A stretch of 63,010 nt of DNA from Bacteroidales bacterium (GTDB lineage: Bacteria; Bacteroidota; Bacteroidia; Bacteroidales; UBA7960), in contig SLKR01000019.1 in NCBI GenBank assembly GCA_007134525.1, positions 1 to 63,010 of the forward strand. Direction: 5' to 3'. The translations under genes were made by a program, and so were the position numbers. The notes below the pieces were generated by a model that made no database searches, was not told the origin of the DNA, and was given only the letters and a program-made list of their open reading frames with translations. This document shows, piece after piece, positions 1 to 8,627 of this stretch. The first letter of the stretch is position 1, and each line of letters opens with the position of its first letter.

Positions 1-11
1 AGATAATGGCA

Positions 12-56
12 ATTCAAAATAAAATTACATAATACCGGACAGGCATTATGTAATTT
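12..56 (-). terminator. intrinsic terminator after the bS22-like micro-ORF
   Basis: There is a perfect 12-bp inverted repeat, 22-33 AAATTACATAAT and 45-56 ATTATGTAATTT. Read on the minus strand, the hairpin is followed by TATTTTG. Confidence 0.5.
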
Positions 57-75
57 ATAAAGAAAAGAATGCGTA

Positions 76-165
76 TTATTTCTTTTTATGCCTGTTTTTC
101 CTCAGGCGCTTTTTGCGTTTGTGGGTCGACATCTTATGTCTTTTTCTTTTTTTTCCGCTTGGCAT
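76..165 (-). CDS. 29-aa highly basic peptide, ribosomal protein bS22-like (below the ORF-track length cut-off)
   Basis: Hand translation of the minus strand from ATG 165-163 to TAA 78-76 gives MPSGKKRKRHKMSTHKRKKRLRKNRHKKK. By my count 20 of 29 residues are K/R/H. Composition and size match the tiny basic bS22 family reported for Bacteroidota and mycobacterial small subunits. It lies directly downstream of HU on the same strand. Confidence 0.55.
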   Translation of the reverse strand: MPSGKKRKRHKMSTHKRKKRLRKNRHKKK

Positions 166-250
166 ATTCTCTCTTTTGATTAATTGTTTTTTCAGTTTGG
201 CCCGCCAAGCCCTTCAGAGGATCCGGCTGGGGTGATCTGCCATTAACTGA

Positions 251-538
251 TTACGGTTTTACAGATGCTTTAACTTCATTTACAAATTCCTTTGCAGGTT
301 TGAATGCTGGTATGCAATGCGCAGGAATGATTATGGTAGTGTTCTTGGAAATATTCCTGCCGGTTTTTTCAGCCCTTTCTTTGATGATGAAGCTGCCAAA
401 ACCCCTCAGGTAAACGTTTTCTCCCTTAACAAGGGCATTCTTTACAGTACCCATAAAGGCTTCAACTGTTGCCTGTACTGTTACTTTTTCAATGCCTGTT
501 TTGTTGGCAATCTCGGTTACAATTTCAGCTTTGGTCAT
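251..538 (-). CDS. hup: HU family DNA-binding protein
   Basis: The 95-aa ORF starts MTKAEIVTEIA and contains LRGFGSF and ARTGRN-like (KTGRNISKN) arm motifs typical of HU/IHF. Confidence 0.93.
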   Translation of the reverse strand: MTKAEIVTEIANKTGIEKVTVQATVEAFMGTVKNALVKGENVYLRGFGSFIIKERAEKTGRNISKNTTIIIPAHCIPAFKPAKEFVNEVKASVKP

Positions 539-597
539 AATTCTTTACTTTTTGGTTATAAGGTGTTTATAAGGTTTTTTGTTCAGAATTGAGTGTG

Positions 598-605
598 CAA
601 AGATA
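598..605 (-). promoter_or_regulatory. Bacteroidota -7 promoter box (TATCTTTG on the minus strand) for hup
   Basis: The plus-strand sequence CAAAGATA is the reverse complement of TATCTTTG, which matches the TAnnTTTG consensus. It lies about 60 nt upstream of ATG 538. Confidence 0.45.
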
Positions 606-700
606 AGTTTTTTATTCTTATTTGGAAATAAATTAATCATTTTTGCTTCAATCGATTAGAGAATATATGGTATAAATCCAGCTTAAGGACAAAACTTGAG

Positions 701-740
701 TAAAACAAGAAAGCGCCCGGTTCCATCTGGCTCCGGGCGC
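701..740 (-). terminator. intrinsic terminator after the 361-aa lipoprotein gene
   Basis: An 8-bp GC stem pairs GCGCCCGG (713-720) with CCGGGCGC (733-740). On the minus strand it is followed by TTTCTTGTTTTA. Confidence 0.6.
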
Positions 741-772
741 CCCATTTCTTTTATGGCTAACTTTGACCAGGT

Positions 773-1858
773 TTATAAACCAAAATCACCCTCATCAATT
801 TCGAATACGTCAGTCAGGAAGTCATAGCTGCCGTCATCGTATACTATTGCCAGTTCGGGAACATACTCTTCCCAGTATGGATCGTAATACTCCCTGAATT
901 CGATATCGCCTATTTTCTTACCCTGGCTTTTATGCATTAGCTCCACACTGATTGCAGAGTTCATGCAGCCAACCGCATCCTGTGCCCAGTAGCAGTCTTC
1001 CATATCCAGGATGTTTATACTGCCCGAGAACTCAAGGGGGGAAAGAAGTACTTTTCCGGAAACATGCTCAACTTCATCCCATTCAGGATCTATCCTGATG
1101 CTGAGGTCAATGTCCACCAGTGTGTTGTTCCCTTCTGCCATTGTCATATCCAGGGAGTAATTGTTCCCGCTGCCGGCATATGACATGTTCATGGAGTAAG
1201 GTGGCATGCTCATAACCAGGTTTGCTCCTGACGGCATGCCGTCAGGGCCGACATTAAGGGAGAAGGTCATAGTCATTTCCTCCTGGTTGTCAATGAACAT
1301 TGTAATGTCAGCCGATGATGGCACCTCTTCCGGGTAGCCGTCGATTATTGCTGTGGTGAACTGCAGGTTGTCAATTACAAGCCTGGCGTTGTTGTTCTGG
1401 TTATTCAGGGCCTGCTGATCTGCAGGGTAAATGAATTCTATATGATTTGCCGGTGTTTGATCAAACTGCTCCGTAGCAAAGTTATACTCAAAAATGCCCC
1501 CGTCCATATAGTCTTTTGTGATATTTACCTCTGAGAGTTCCCTGCTTAGGTCAAATATCGGGTTCATTCCCAGGTAGGCAAGTCTTGAGGGGTTTCTGGA
1601 TATTGAGCTTACAGCTGATTTCATGCCCAGGTCAAAATCAAACTCCATTCCTGTCAGTTGCTGTAAAAATGTAAGTGACTGCATCTGTGGGGTTTGCATC
1701 ATCATCCCCATGTTCATTGCCATCTCTTCCTGGGCCTTTGAAAGCTCCTGCCTGGCCTCTTCCGGATCAAAGCTATCGTCTTCGCATGCCGAGAAAACGA
1801 AGGCAAATATACCAAGCATAATAAGCAGTGTAAACAGTCGATTGGTTTTCTTTTTCAT
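773..1858 (-). CDS. hypothetical Met-rich lipoprotein
   Basis: The 361-aa ORF has a signal peptide with lipobox FVFSAC-EDD. I recognise no family. By my count it has 26 Met, including a MAMNMGMMMQTPQM run. Confidence 0.75.
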   Translation of the reverse strand: MKKKTNRLFTLLIMLGIFAFVFSACEDDSFDPEEARQELSKAQEEMAMNMGMMMQTPQMQSLTFLQQLTGMEFDFDLGMKSAVSSISRNPSRLAYLGMNPIFDLSRELSEVNITKDYMDGGIFEYNFATEQFDQTPANHIEFIYPADQQALNNQNNNARLVIDNLQFTTAIIDGYPEEVPSSADITMFIDNQEEMTMTFSLNVGPDGMPSGANLVMSMPPYSMNMSYAGSGNNYSLDMTMAEGNNTLVDIDLSIRIDPEWDEVEHVSGKVLLSPLEFSGSINILDMEDCYWAQDAVGCMNSAISVELMHKSQGKKIGDIEFREYYDPYWEEYVPELAIVYDDGSYDFLTDVFEIDEGDFGL

Positions 1859-2130
1859 GGTTTAGTTTTTAAAGGTACTTTAAATGACACGTAAAGGTAT
1901 GAATTGGATTGATTATTTGCAAAAAAAAAATAGTAACCTGAACAATGATTATATTAGTGAAACGCTGCTTTGTTTTTTATAACTTCGATAGTCAGTAACG
2001 GAATAAAGTGGAATAACCGGCACAAATTCCGTCAGGGCGAAAAAAATATACGTTAAGCAAAAAAAACAATCAATTAAGATATATAAACGCTATATTAGCA
2101 TATGTTATTAACCAATAAAACAATAGAGTT

Positions 2131-2538
2131 ATGGCAGGAGTAAACAAGGTTATATTGCTTGGAAACCTGGGCAAAGACCCGGATGTAACAACTCTGGAAA
2201 GCGGGGTCAAAGTAGCACGTTTTCCTTTGGCAACAAATGAGTATTATAAAGGTAAAGACGGAGAATCGGTTGAGAAGACTGAATGGCACCAGGTGGTGCT
2301 TTGGAGAAACCGGGCCGAGTTGGCAGAAAAATATCTCAGCAAGGGCCGGATGGTATACATTGAAGGTCGCCTGCAGACAAGGCAGTGGCAGGACAAGGAG
2401 GGTACCCAAAGGTACACTACTGAAATAGTAGGCGATGTTATCAATTTCGTTGGTGGCGGACCCGGAGGTGACGGAGACAAAAATGAACGGGAACAGGAAT
2501 CAACACCACCGCCGGATGAGGATGATCTGCCGTTTTAA
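2131..2538 (+). CDS. ssb: single-stranded DNA-binding protein
   Basis: The 135-aa ORF has an OB-fold N-terminus (MAGVNKVILLGNLGKDPD), a Gly/Pro-rich linker and the canonical acidic tip DEDDLPF. Confidence 0.96.
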   Translation: MAGVNKVILLGNLGKDPDVTTLESGVKVARFPLATNEYYKGKDGESVEKTEWHQVVLWRNRAELAEKYLSKGRMVYIEGRLQTRQWQDKEGTQRYTTEIVGDVINFVGGGPGGDGDKNEREQESTPPPDEDDLPF

Positions 2539-2563
2539 TTTAGACCAACCAAACTTTTCTGAG

Positions 2564-3823
2564 ATGACACATGAAATCAGCATCGGCCCCGTAAGCAGGG
2601 AAAAAAGGGTTTTTATCCTTGACCTGCTGCGGGGTTTTGCACTCCTGGGCATTCTTATGGTAAATATGCCTGTTTTTAACAGCCCCTTTACAGTATTAGT
2701 GGGGGAGGCCAGGATGTGGACCGACCCCGCCAACCAGACGGCACACTGGATTATAAACTTTTTCTTTCACGGAAAGTTCTACACCCTGTTCTCAATCCTC
2801 TTCGGTATTGGATTCTGGTTTTTCATGCGCAAGGCCGAAGAGGCAGGCGGGTCTGTAATAGGAATATTCCGCCGCCGGCTTCTTATTCTTTTTCTAATTG
2901 GTGCACTGCATGTATTGTTTCTTTGGTACGGCGACATACTCGTGATATACGCCTTTTTTGGGTTCATAATGACATGGTTGAGGAACAAGTCCAACCGCAC
3001 CGTAATTGTCTGGGCGATTGTTTTTTTGCTTCTCCCGGTTATTTTCACTTCACTTATGGTCGGGGCAGTTAACCTGGCAATGAGTGTTCCCGAAGCGGCT
3101 GCTGGAATGCAGGAGGCAATGGCTGAGCAGGAAAGTCTTTTTGCTGCTTTAACCAAAACGGCAATTAGCACTTATCAGTCAGGAAGCTTCTCAGAGATCG
3201 TTTCTGTAAGACTGAGGGAGTACTCATATATGTGGGGCGGTATTATTACTTTCTACCCACTTATACTCTCGATGTTCCTGCTTGGAATTATAGCAGGCCG
3301 TAAAGGTGTTTTTAACTCATTGGAAAAGAACAGGGGGTTCTTTATAAAGCTTTTGTGGATAAGCCTCCCATTTGCAATAGGCGGCAATTACCTGCTGGCT
3401 GAATACGGTCAGTCTGCAAGCCAGATTATACCTGACACAGACCTTTTACTTATGATTGCCGGCCTTTCATTTGGAGGTCCTGCACTAACCTTTATATACA
3501 TATCCCTGACGGTATTCTGCATTCTAAATGGATACTTCAGCTGGATTGCAGGAAAGATTGCGGGTGCAGGCAGGATGGCCCTCACAAACTACCTCATGCA
3601 GTCGGTAATATGCACTACTATATTCTACAGTTATGGATTGGGGCTGTATGCAAGGGTTGACTACTTGCAGGGGATAGCCCTTACACTTGCAATATATATA
3701 ATTCAGGTGGCCTGGAGTCATTACTGGCTGAAATATTATCGATTCGGCCCCTTTGAATGGCTTTGGCGTTCACTTACATATTTGAGGCTGCAGCCTATGA
3801 AGAGAAGGCTCCCAGGTTCCTGA
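2564..3823 (+). CDS. DUF418-type (YeiB-like) multi-pass membrane protein
   Basis: I trimmed the ORF 2435-3823 to ATG 2564 (MTHEIS...) because the upstream part overlaps ssb. The motifs LDLLRGFALLGILMVNM and a C-terminal FGPFEWLWRSLTY are typical of DUF418. Confidence 0.8.
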   Translation: MTHEISIGPVSREKRVFILDLLRGFALLGILMVNMPVFNSPFTVLVGEARMWTDPANQTAHWIINFFFHGKFYTLFSILFGIGFWFFMRKAEEAGGSVIGIFRRRLLILFLIGALHVLFLWYGDILVIYAFFGFIMTWLRNKSNRTVIVWAIVFLLLPVIFTSLMVGAVNLAMSVPEAAAGMQEAMAEQESLFAALTKTAISTYQSGSFSEIVSVRLREYSYMWGGIITFYPLILSMFLLGIIAGRKGVFNSLEKNRGFFIKLLWISLPFAIGGNYLLAEYGQSASQIIPDTDLLLMIAGLSFGGPALTFIYISLTVFCILNGYFSWIAGKIAGAGRMALTNYLMQSVICTTIFYSYGLGLYARVDYLQGIALTLAIYIIQVAWSHYWLKYYRFGPFEWLWRSLTYLRLQPMKRRLPGS

Positions 3824-3831
3824 AATTGTTT

Positions 3832-4887
3832 TCAGCTGAACTTCTTAAGGAATTCATGGATCATGCGATCGAACTTTTGTTTGTCCTCTTCGTGAAAGAC
3901 TACACTTACAGGAAGGTAATATACAGGAATATCGCCCAGGGTTTCAAGCAGGCCCGGCTGAATCAACCTCATGGCATCCTTTTCAGTGGTTATTACAACT
4001 TTTGAACGGCTTACCGTCCTGTCGAACTGTTTTTTCAGCTTTTTTAGGTTCGATTGCGTAAAACGGTGGTGGTCTGTGTATTTGTGAATAAAAACTTCCT
4101 CACACTTGGTTTTAAGGTACTCCTCAAGAGAGTCGGAGCGTGCTATCCCTGTTAGAAGGAATATGGTTTTTATACCTCTGGGTGCGTTTGCTGGTGTATC
4201 TGGGGTTAATGGCTGAAGCTTACCGTACGAAAGCCCGGAGAAGAATGTTTTTTTTAAACAGTAGGGCTCTAGTTTTTTAAGAAAATATCTGCGGTCAAGA
4301 GGCGAAAACACCCTCGGTGTTTTGGTAACAATGAGTGCATCTGCCCTTCTGGCCCTGAACTTGGCTTCTCTTAAGTTACCGACTGGCAAAAGGAAGTTCC
4401 TGAAAAAGGGATTGTAATAACCGGTAAGCAACAGGTTCAGGCCTGGTTTTACATATCTGTGCTGAAACGCGTCATCAAGTATTATCAGGTTTATCTCAGG
4501 ATGTTTCTTTTGCAGGATGTGTATCCCTTTGCGTCTTTTTTCATGAACCGCAACGGTAATATCAGGAAACTTTCTGTACATCTGAAGTGGCTCGTCACCT
4601 ATCTCCAGGGATGTCGAATCCTTTCCTGCAACCAGAAACCCCTTTGTCTTTCTTCTGTAACCGCGACTCAGCACGGCAATACTGTATCTGTCCTTAAGCA
4701 GGCGAACAAGGTACTCTACATGGGGGGTTTTACCTGCCCCGCCTGAACTAAGATTGCCCAAGCTTATCACGGGAATGCTGAACTCCTCGGAAGGCAGGAT
4801 ACCCCAGTCGAAAAGGAGGTTTCTTACCGTAATGACCACACCGTAAATCAGCGCGAAGGGAATAAGCAGGAGTCTGATCAGTAACAT
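3832..4887 (-). CDS. lpxK: tetraacyldisaccharide 4'-kinase
   Basis: The 351-aa ORF has an N-terminal membrane helix followed by the P-loop VISLGNLSSGGAGKTP. Its length and architecture match LpxK. Confidence 0.92.
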   Translation of the reverse strand: MLLIRLLLIPFALIYGVVITVRNLLFDWGILPSEEFSIPVISLGNLSSGGAGKTPHVEYLVRLLKDRYSIAVLSRGYRRKTKGFLVAGKDSTSLEIGDEPLQMYRKFPDITVAVHEKRRKGIHILQKKHPEINLIILDDAFQHRYVKPGLNLLLTGYYNPFFRNFLLPVGNLREAKFRARRADALIVTKTPRVFSPLDRRYFLKKLEPYCLKKTFFSGLSYGKLQPLTPDTPANAPRGIKTIFLLTGIARSDSLEEYLKTKCEEVFIHKYTDHHRFTQSNLKKLKKQFDRTVSRSKVVITTEKDAMRLIQPGLLETLGDIPVYYLPVSVVFHEEDKQKFDRMIHEFLKKFS

Positions 4888-4929
4888 AGTACCAAAATTA
4901 ATAAAAAACCATACAAGAAAGCATATAAG

Positions 4930-4937
4930 TATTTTTG
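4930..4937 (+). promoter_or_regulatory. -7 promoter box TATTTTTG upstream of the Nif3-like gene
   Basis: The sequence matches TAnnTTTG and lies 45 nt upstream of ATG 4982. Confidence 0.45.
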
Positions 4938-4981
4938 CTTAACTCATTAAAAGATGTATTTTTATAAAAAACCCACAAATT

Positions 4982-6076
4982 ATGCTTCTTAAGGAACTGA
5001 TAGAGTCTTTCGGGGCTTATGCCCCTTTTTCACTCCAGGAATCTTATGATAATTCTGGTATCCAGGTCGGCTCGCCGGAACAGGAGGTTTACAGGGGGCT
5101 GGCTTGTCTTGATGTAAGCATGGAAGTTGTCATGGAGGCAAAAGAGAAAGATTGTGATCTTATTCTATCTCACCATCCACTTATTTTTAAAGGGCTGAAA
5201 AGTGTTTCCGGTGCTTCACCAACCGGCAGTATTATTTTTGAGGCCATTCGTAGTGGTATTTCTATAGTTTCACTACATACAAACCTCGATAACGCATTTT
5301 TTGGAGTCAATTTCCACCTTGGCCGGAAGATCGGACTTAAAGGGCTCAGGATACTTCAACCCTCGGAGGGGGTATTGAAAAAACTGGTCACATTCTGCCC
5401 TGTTTCACACGCAGGAAAGGTCAGGGAAGCTTTGTTCAGGGCAGGGGCAGGACATATAGGAGAATACGATTCGTGCAGCTTCAATCTTGAAGGAACCGGT
5501 TCATTCAGGGGGAGTGAAGACAGCAATCCATTTACCGGCAAAGCAGGGCAGCTTCACTTCGAGAAAGAGGAGCGCATTGAGACCATATTCCCTTTTTACA
5601 TACAGGAGAAGGTTATCAGTTCCATGAAGTCGGCACATCCATACGAAGAGGTTGCATATGACATATACCCGCTTGACAATGAATTTGACAGGGCCGGTGC
5701 AGGTATGATCGGACATCTTGAAAAAGCCATGAAGGCAACCTCCTTTCTGGATTTGATCAAAGAGAAACTTGGCAGTCCGGTTTTGAGGTATTCCGGCCAG
5801 GTTACCGGCAGTATCAAAAATGTTGCATTATGCGGTGGTTCCGGGGCCTTTTTGACAGACCAGGCTAAAAAAGCTGAAGCGGATGCATTTATTACCGGAG
5901 ATATTAAATACCATCAGTTTTTCGAAACCGGGAACAATATGTTGCTCGTTGACGCCGGTCATTATGAAACAGAGCAGTTTACAAAGGAACTTATGGTTGA
6001 AATTGTTAAGAAAAAAATGATTAACTTTGCACTCCTTATATCGGAGGTAAATACCAATCCGGTAAGGTATTACTAG
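4982..6076 (+). CDS. Nif3-like dinuclear metal centre protein (YbgI/GTP cyclohydrolase 1 type 2 family), long form with inserted domain
   Basis: The 364-aa ORF carries SHHPLIFKG and C-terminal GHYETE motifs. The gene is followed by its usual COG1579 partner. Confidence 0.88.
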   Translation: MLLKELIESFGAYAPFSLQESYDNSGIQVGSPEQEVYRGLACLDVSMEVVMEAKEKDCDLILSHHPLIFKGLKSVSGASPTGSIIFEAIRSGISIVSLHTNLDNAFFGVNFHLGRKIGLKGLRILQPSEGVLKKLVTFCPVSHAGKVREALFRAGAGHIGEYDSCSFNLEGTGSFRGSEDSNPFTGKAGQLHFEKEERIETIFPFYIQEKVISSMKSAHPYEEVAYDIYPLDNEFDRAGAGMIGHLEKAMKATSFLDLIKEKLGSPVLRYSGQVTGSIKNVALCGGSGAFLTDQAKKAEADAFITGDIKYHQFFETGNNMLLVDAGHYETEQFTKELMVEIVKKKMINFALLISEVNTNPVRYY

Positions 6077-6112
6077 AATATAGCATTACAATACAAAACG
6101 GGATATATTTAT

Positions 6113-6976
6113 ATGGCCAAAACCACGAAAACCAGGAAAAAGGACAAGAATGCCGGAAAAGTCATCAACCCAAGTACGGGTACTGAAGGATCACCGGTTG
6201 ATGTCCCCGAAACAACCACGGAAGAAAGTATTGAGAAAACTGTAAAAAGTAAGCTTACTTCGCTTTACAGGCTTCAGACGATAGACTTTCAGATCGACCG
6301 GCTGCGCAGCGTAAGGGGAGAGCTTCCGCTGGAAGTGCAGGACCTTGAGGATGAGATAGCCGGCCTTGAAACCAGGGTGGAAAAGTTCAACAATGAGATT
6401 AACGAACTTGAAACGGAGATTTCAAATAAAAAACAGTCTGTACAGGAGAGCCTTGAGCTTATAAAGAAGTACGAGGCACAGCAAATGAATGTCCGCAACA
6501 ATCGTGAATATGATTCGCTCTCGAAGGAGATAGAGTATCAGACACTTGAAGCTCAGTTGGCGGAGAAAAAAATGAAGGAGTTTTCGGCAGAGGTCGAAAC
6601 CAGGAAAGAGATGGTGGAGAAGGTTGTAGAAGAGCTTGATGAAAGGAAAAAAGATCTTGAGGCAAAAAAGGCCGAACTGAATGACATAGTTGCGGAAACA
6701 GAGAAGGATGAAGCAGTATTGATAAAGAGGTCAGAGGAGCAGCGGAATAAGATAGAGGAAAGGCTGCTGACCGCATACCAGCGTATAAGGAACAACGCCA
6801 GGAATGGACTTGCTGTGGTACCTGTAGAAAGGGATGCCTGCGGTGGTTGTTTTAACAAGATCCCCCCGCAGCGGCATCTGGATATACGCCTTCACAAGAA
6901 AATCATAGTCTGCGAATACTGCGGAAGGGTGCTTGTAGATGATGTGATAATGGATATAGTAAAAAAAGAACAGTGA
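6113..6976 (+). CDS. COG1579-type coiled-coil protein with C-terminal C4 zinc ribbon
   Basis: The 287-aa ORF has a long heptad-like E/K-rich region followed by CGGC...x...CEYCGR. It carries a basic, Thr-rich N-terminal extension of about 45 aa. Confidence 0.85.
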   Translation: MAKTTKTRKKDKNAGKVINPSTGTEGSPVDVPETTTEESIEKTVKSKLTSLYRLQTIDFQIDRLRSVRGELPLEVQDLEDEIAGLETRVEKFNNEINELETEISNKKQSVQESLELIKKYEAQQMNVRNNREYDSLSKEIEYQTLEAQLAEKKMKEFSAEVETRKEMVEKVVEELDERKKDLEAKKAELNDIVAETEKDEAVLIKRSEEQRNKIEERLLTAYQRIRNNARNGLAVVPVERDACGGCFNKIPPQRHLDIRLHKKIIVCEYCGRVLVDDVIMDIVKKEQ

Positions 6977-7008
6977 TAAAAAATAATCACTTAATGTAAA
7001 TGAAGTTT

Positions 7009-7040
7009 CAGGGGGTCTTTTGTGGACCCCCTGTTTTGTT
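7009..7040 (+). terminator. intrinsic terminator between convergent genes (likely bidirectional)
   Basis: A 9-bp stem pairs CAGGGGGTC (7009-7017) with GACCCCCTG (7025-7033) and is followed by TTTTGTT. Confidence 0.65.
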
Positions 7041-8521
7041 CAATACCTCCAGCCAAATGTTATCATATATGTTCCTGATGTGAACTTCCTGTCGGCTACG
7101 GGAGGGGCCCAATTGTCTCCTGCCAGTCCGTAGTCAGCAGGGTTGTTGCTGTCGAGCTGGTACAGGTAATAGTCTTCTGAAAAGAAGCTGTGTGTATATG
7201 CAAAGTCAATAAAGTAGTTGCTTTCGCGTACACCAAAACCTGCTGACAATACCGACCGCTGTGCATTATTTACACCGTCTTTGTATGGGTTGGAGTAGTA
7301 GCCGTAACCGGCACGAAGAATAACCGGATCGAGCCTCAGCTCACCGCCGGCCCTTACAGCATGCTGGGCAGTAAAAGACTCCCTTATCGCCCTGTTCTCT
7401 TCAGTAAAGAGGTAATCACTGCTGCGCAAACGGCTTTTTGTGTAGTCTGTATATTCGTAGTCAATGTTCAGCAGGCCCTGTTGCCCGAAGATAAAACCAA
7501 TGCTACCAATGGCCTTAACAGGAGTTGTAAGTTCATAATCAAACCTGCCGTCGGGTGACTGGGCAGCATCAGTGTCGTAATCAAGGTTCAGGTCGCTGCG
7601 CATACTTGAGCTGTAGCTGTCTCTCAGATCATAAAAAGTTGGAGAGTGAAATGCTCCCCCCAGCCTGACAAAATCTGTTACCCTGAATATGGCACCGAAT
7701 TTGAAATTATATCCGCTGCCTGTGGTCTTGAAGTTGTTTCGGAATGTCATTGAGTTGAAAACCTCATTGCTCCCCTCAACATCCTGTTCATGAAAGACAC
7801 TTTCTTCTTCATATGATATGGAAGGAAAACCAACGGTTGCGCCAAGATATAACCTGTCATTGTAATTTGCTCCCATGCTAAGTACAAACTCTCTTACCGA
7901 ACCTGAGGTGTTGGTTTCCTGGAATTGGTCTACCCCATGCAGCATATCGGTAAAAAAACCTTCGTCATCTTCGCCGATAAGCCAGGTTTCGTATGCAAGC
8001 TGTGTTGAAAAGGGATCCAGGTTATCCACGCTCCCTTCTCTGTTGGCTTGCTGTAAAATTCCGGCCATTCTGCTACTGTATGGATTGAACCCGCTTGCGA
8101 TCCACCTGCCATTGAAGTTGTTGTAACGGTTTATTCCAAGACCTATATTGACAAACTGCCAGCCTCCGTCATCAACCTGGCTTCCAACCGGAAATGCAAG
8201 AACCAGACCGAGGTTGTTAAGGTTGAAACTGTACTTCATCTCATCTTCGTAGGTGTTAAAATATTCGGTTTCAGAATAGCTATGGTGAAGCAAAGGAGTG
8301 ACTGTAAACTCCGACCCGCGGTATATCCCGATCCCTGCCGGATTTATTCCAAGGGTTGAAAAATCGCCACCCAGTGCACCGAAGGATCCTCCCATGCTGG
8401 CAAAACGTGCTGTACCACCCGGAAAAATCTGTGAATACCTGAGCGCATCAAGCTCATTTTGGGCAAATGTATATTGTAGTCCGGCTACTAAAACTATCAC
8501 TGATAAAAGAAGCTTTCTCAT
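7040..8521 (-). CDS. FadL/OmpP1/TodX-like outer-membrane beta-barrel protein
   Basis: The 493-aa ORF has a signal peptide ending FAQ. The N-terminal hatch-like motif is GTARFASMGGSFGALGGDFSTLGINPAGIG, and the C-terminus is aromatic (FGWRY). Confidence 0.75.
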   Translation of the reverse strand: MRKLLLSVIVLVAGLQYTFAQNELDALRYSQIFPGGTARFASMGGSFGALGGDFSTLGINPAGIGIYRGSEFTVTPLLHHSYSETEYFNTYEDEMKYSFNLNNLGLVLAFPVGSQVDDGGWQFVNIGLGINRYNNFNGRWIASGFNPYSSRMAGILQQANREGSVDNLDPFSTQLAYETWLIGEDDEGFFTDMLHGVDQFQETNTSGSVREFVLSMGANYNDRLYLGATVGFPSISYEEESVFHEQDVEGSNEVFNSMTFRNNFKTTGSGYNFKFGAIFRVTDFVRLGGAFHSPTFYDLRDSYSSSMRSDLNLDYDTDAAQSPDGRFDYELTTPVKAIGSIGFIFGQQGLLNIDYEYTDYTKSRLRSSDYLFTEENRAIRESFTAQHAVRAGGELRLDPVILRAGYGYYSNPYKDGVNNAQRSVLSAGFGVRESNYFIDFAYTHSFFSEDYYLYQLDSNNPADYGLAGDNWAPPVADRKFTSGTYMITFGWRY

Positions 8522-8541
8522 TTTTACCGAGTTTATTATTT

Positions 8542-8588
8542 AAACAAAAACCTCCCGGCTTTTTCCTGATAAAGAGGGGACCGGGAGG
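8542..8588 (-). terminator. hairpin plus T-run between the 565-aa lipoprotein gene and the FadL-like gene
   Basis: An 8-bp stem pairs CCTCCCGG (8551-8558) with CCGGGAGG (8581-8588) around a 22-nt loop. On the minus strand it is followed by TTTTTGTTT. It sits only about 20 nt upstream of ATG 8521, so it may act as an attenuator rather than a full stop. Confidence 0.4.
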
Positions 8589-8627
8589 TTATTACATTAT
8601 ATTCAGTATGGTTGTAAAACACAGGGG

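Noticed and set aside
2283-2298. I looked for sigma-54 promoters (TGGCAC-N5-TTGC) because rpoN is present.
   Set aside because: The only TGGCAC...TGC-like strings I noticed (for example inside ssb at about 2283) have the wrong spacing or lie inside coding regions. None sits in an intergenic region, including upstream of the hydroxyproline operon.
2435-2563. The DUF418 ORF has a 43-codon N-terminal extension that overlaps the ssb 3' end.
   Set aside because: The extension is the +1-frame read of the ssb C-terminal linker and has no membrane or signal character. ATG 2564 lies 25 nt after the ssb stop and starts directly at the conserved DUF418 N-terminus.
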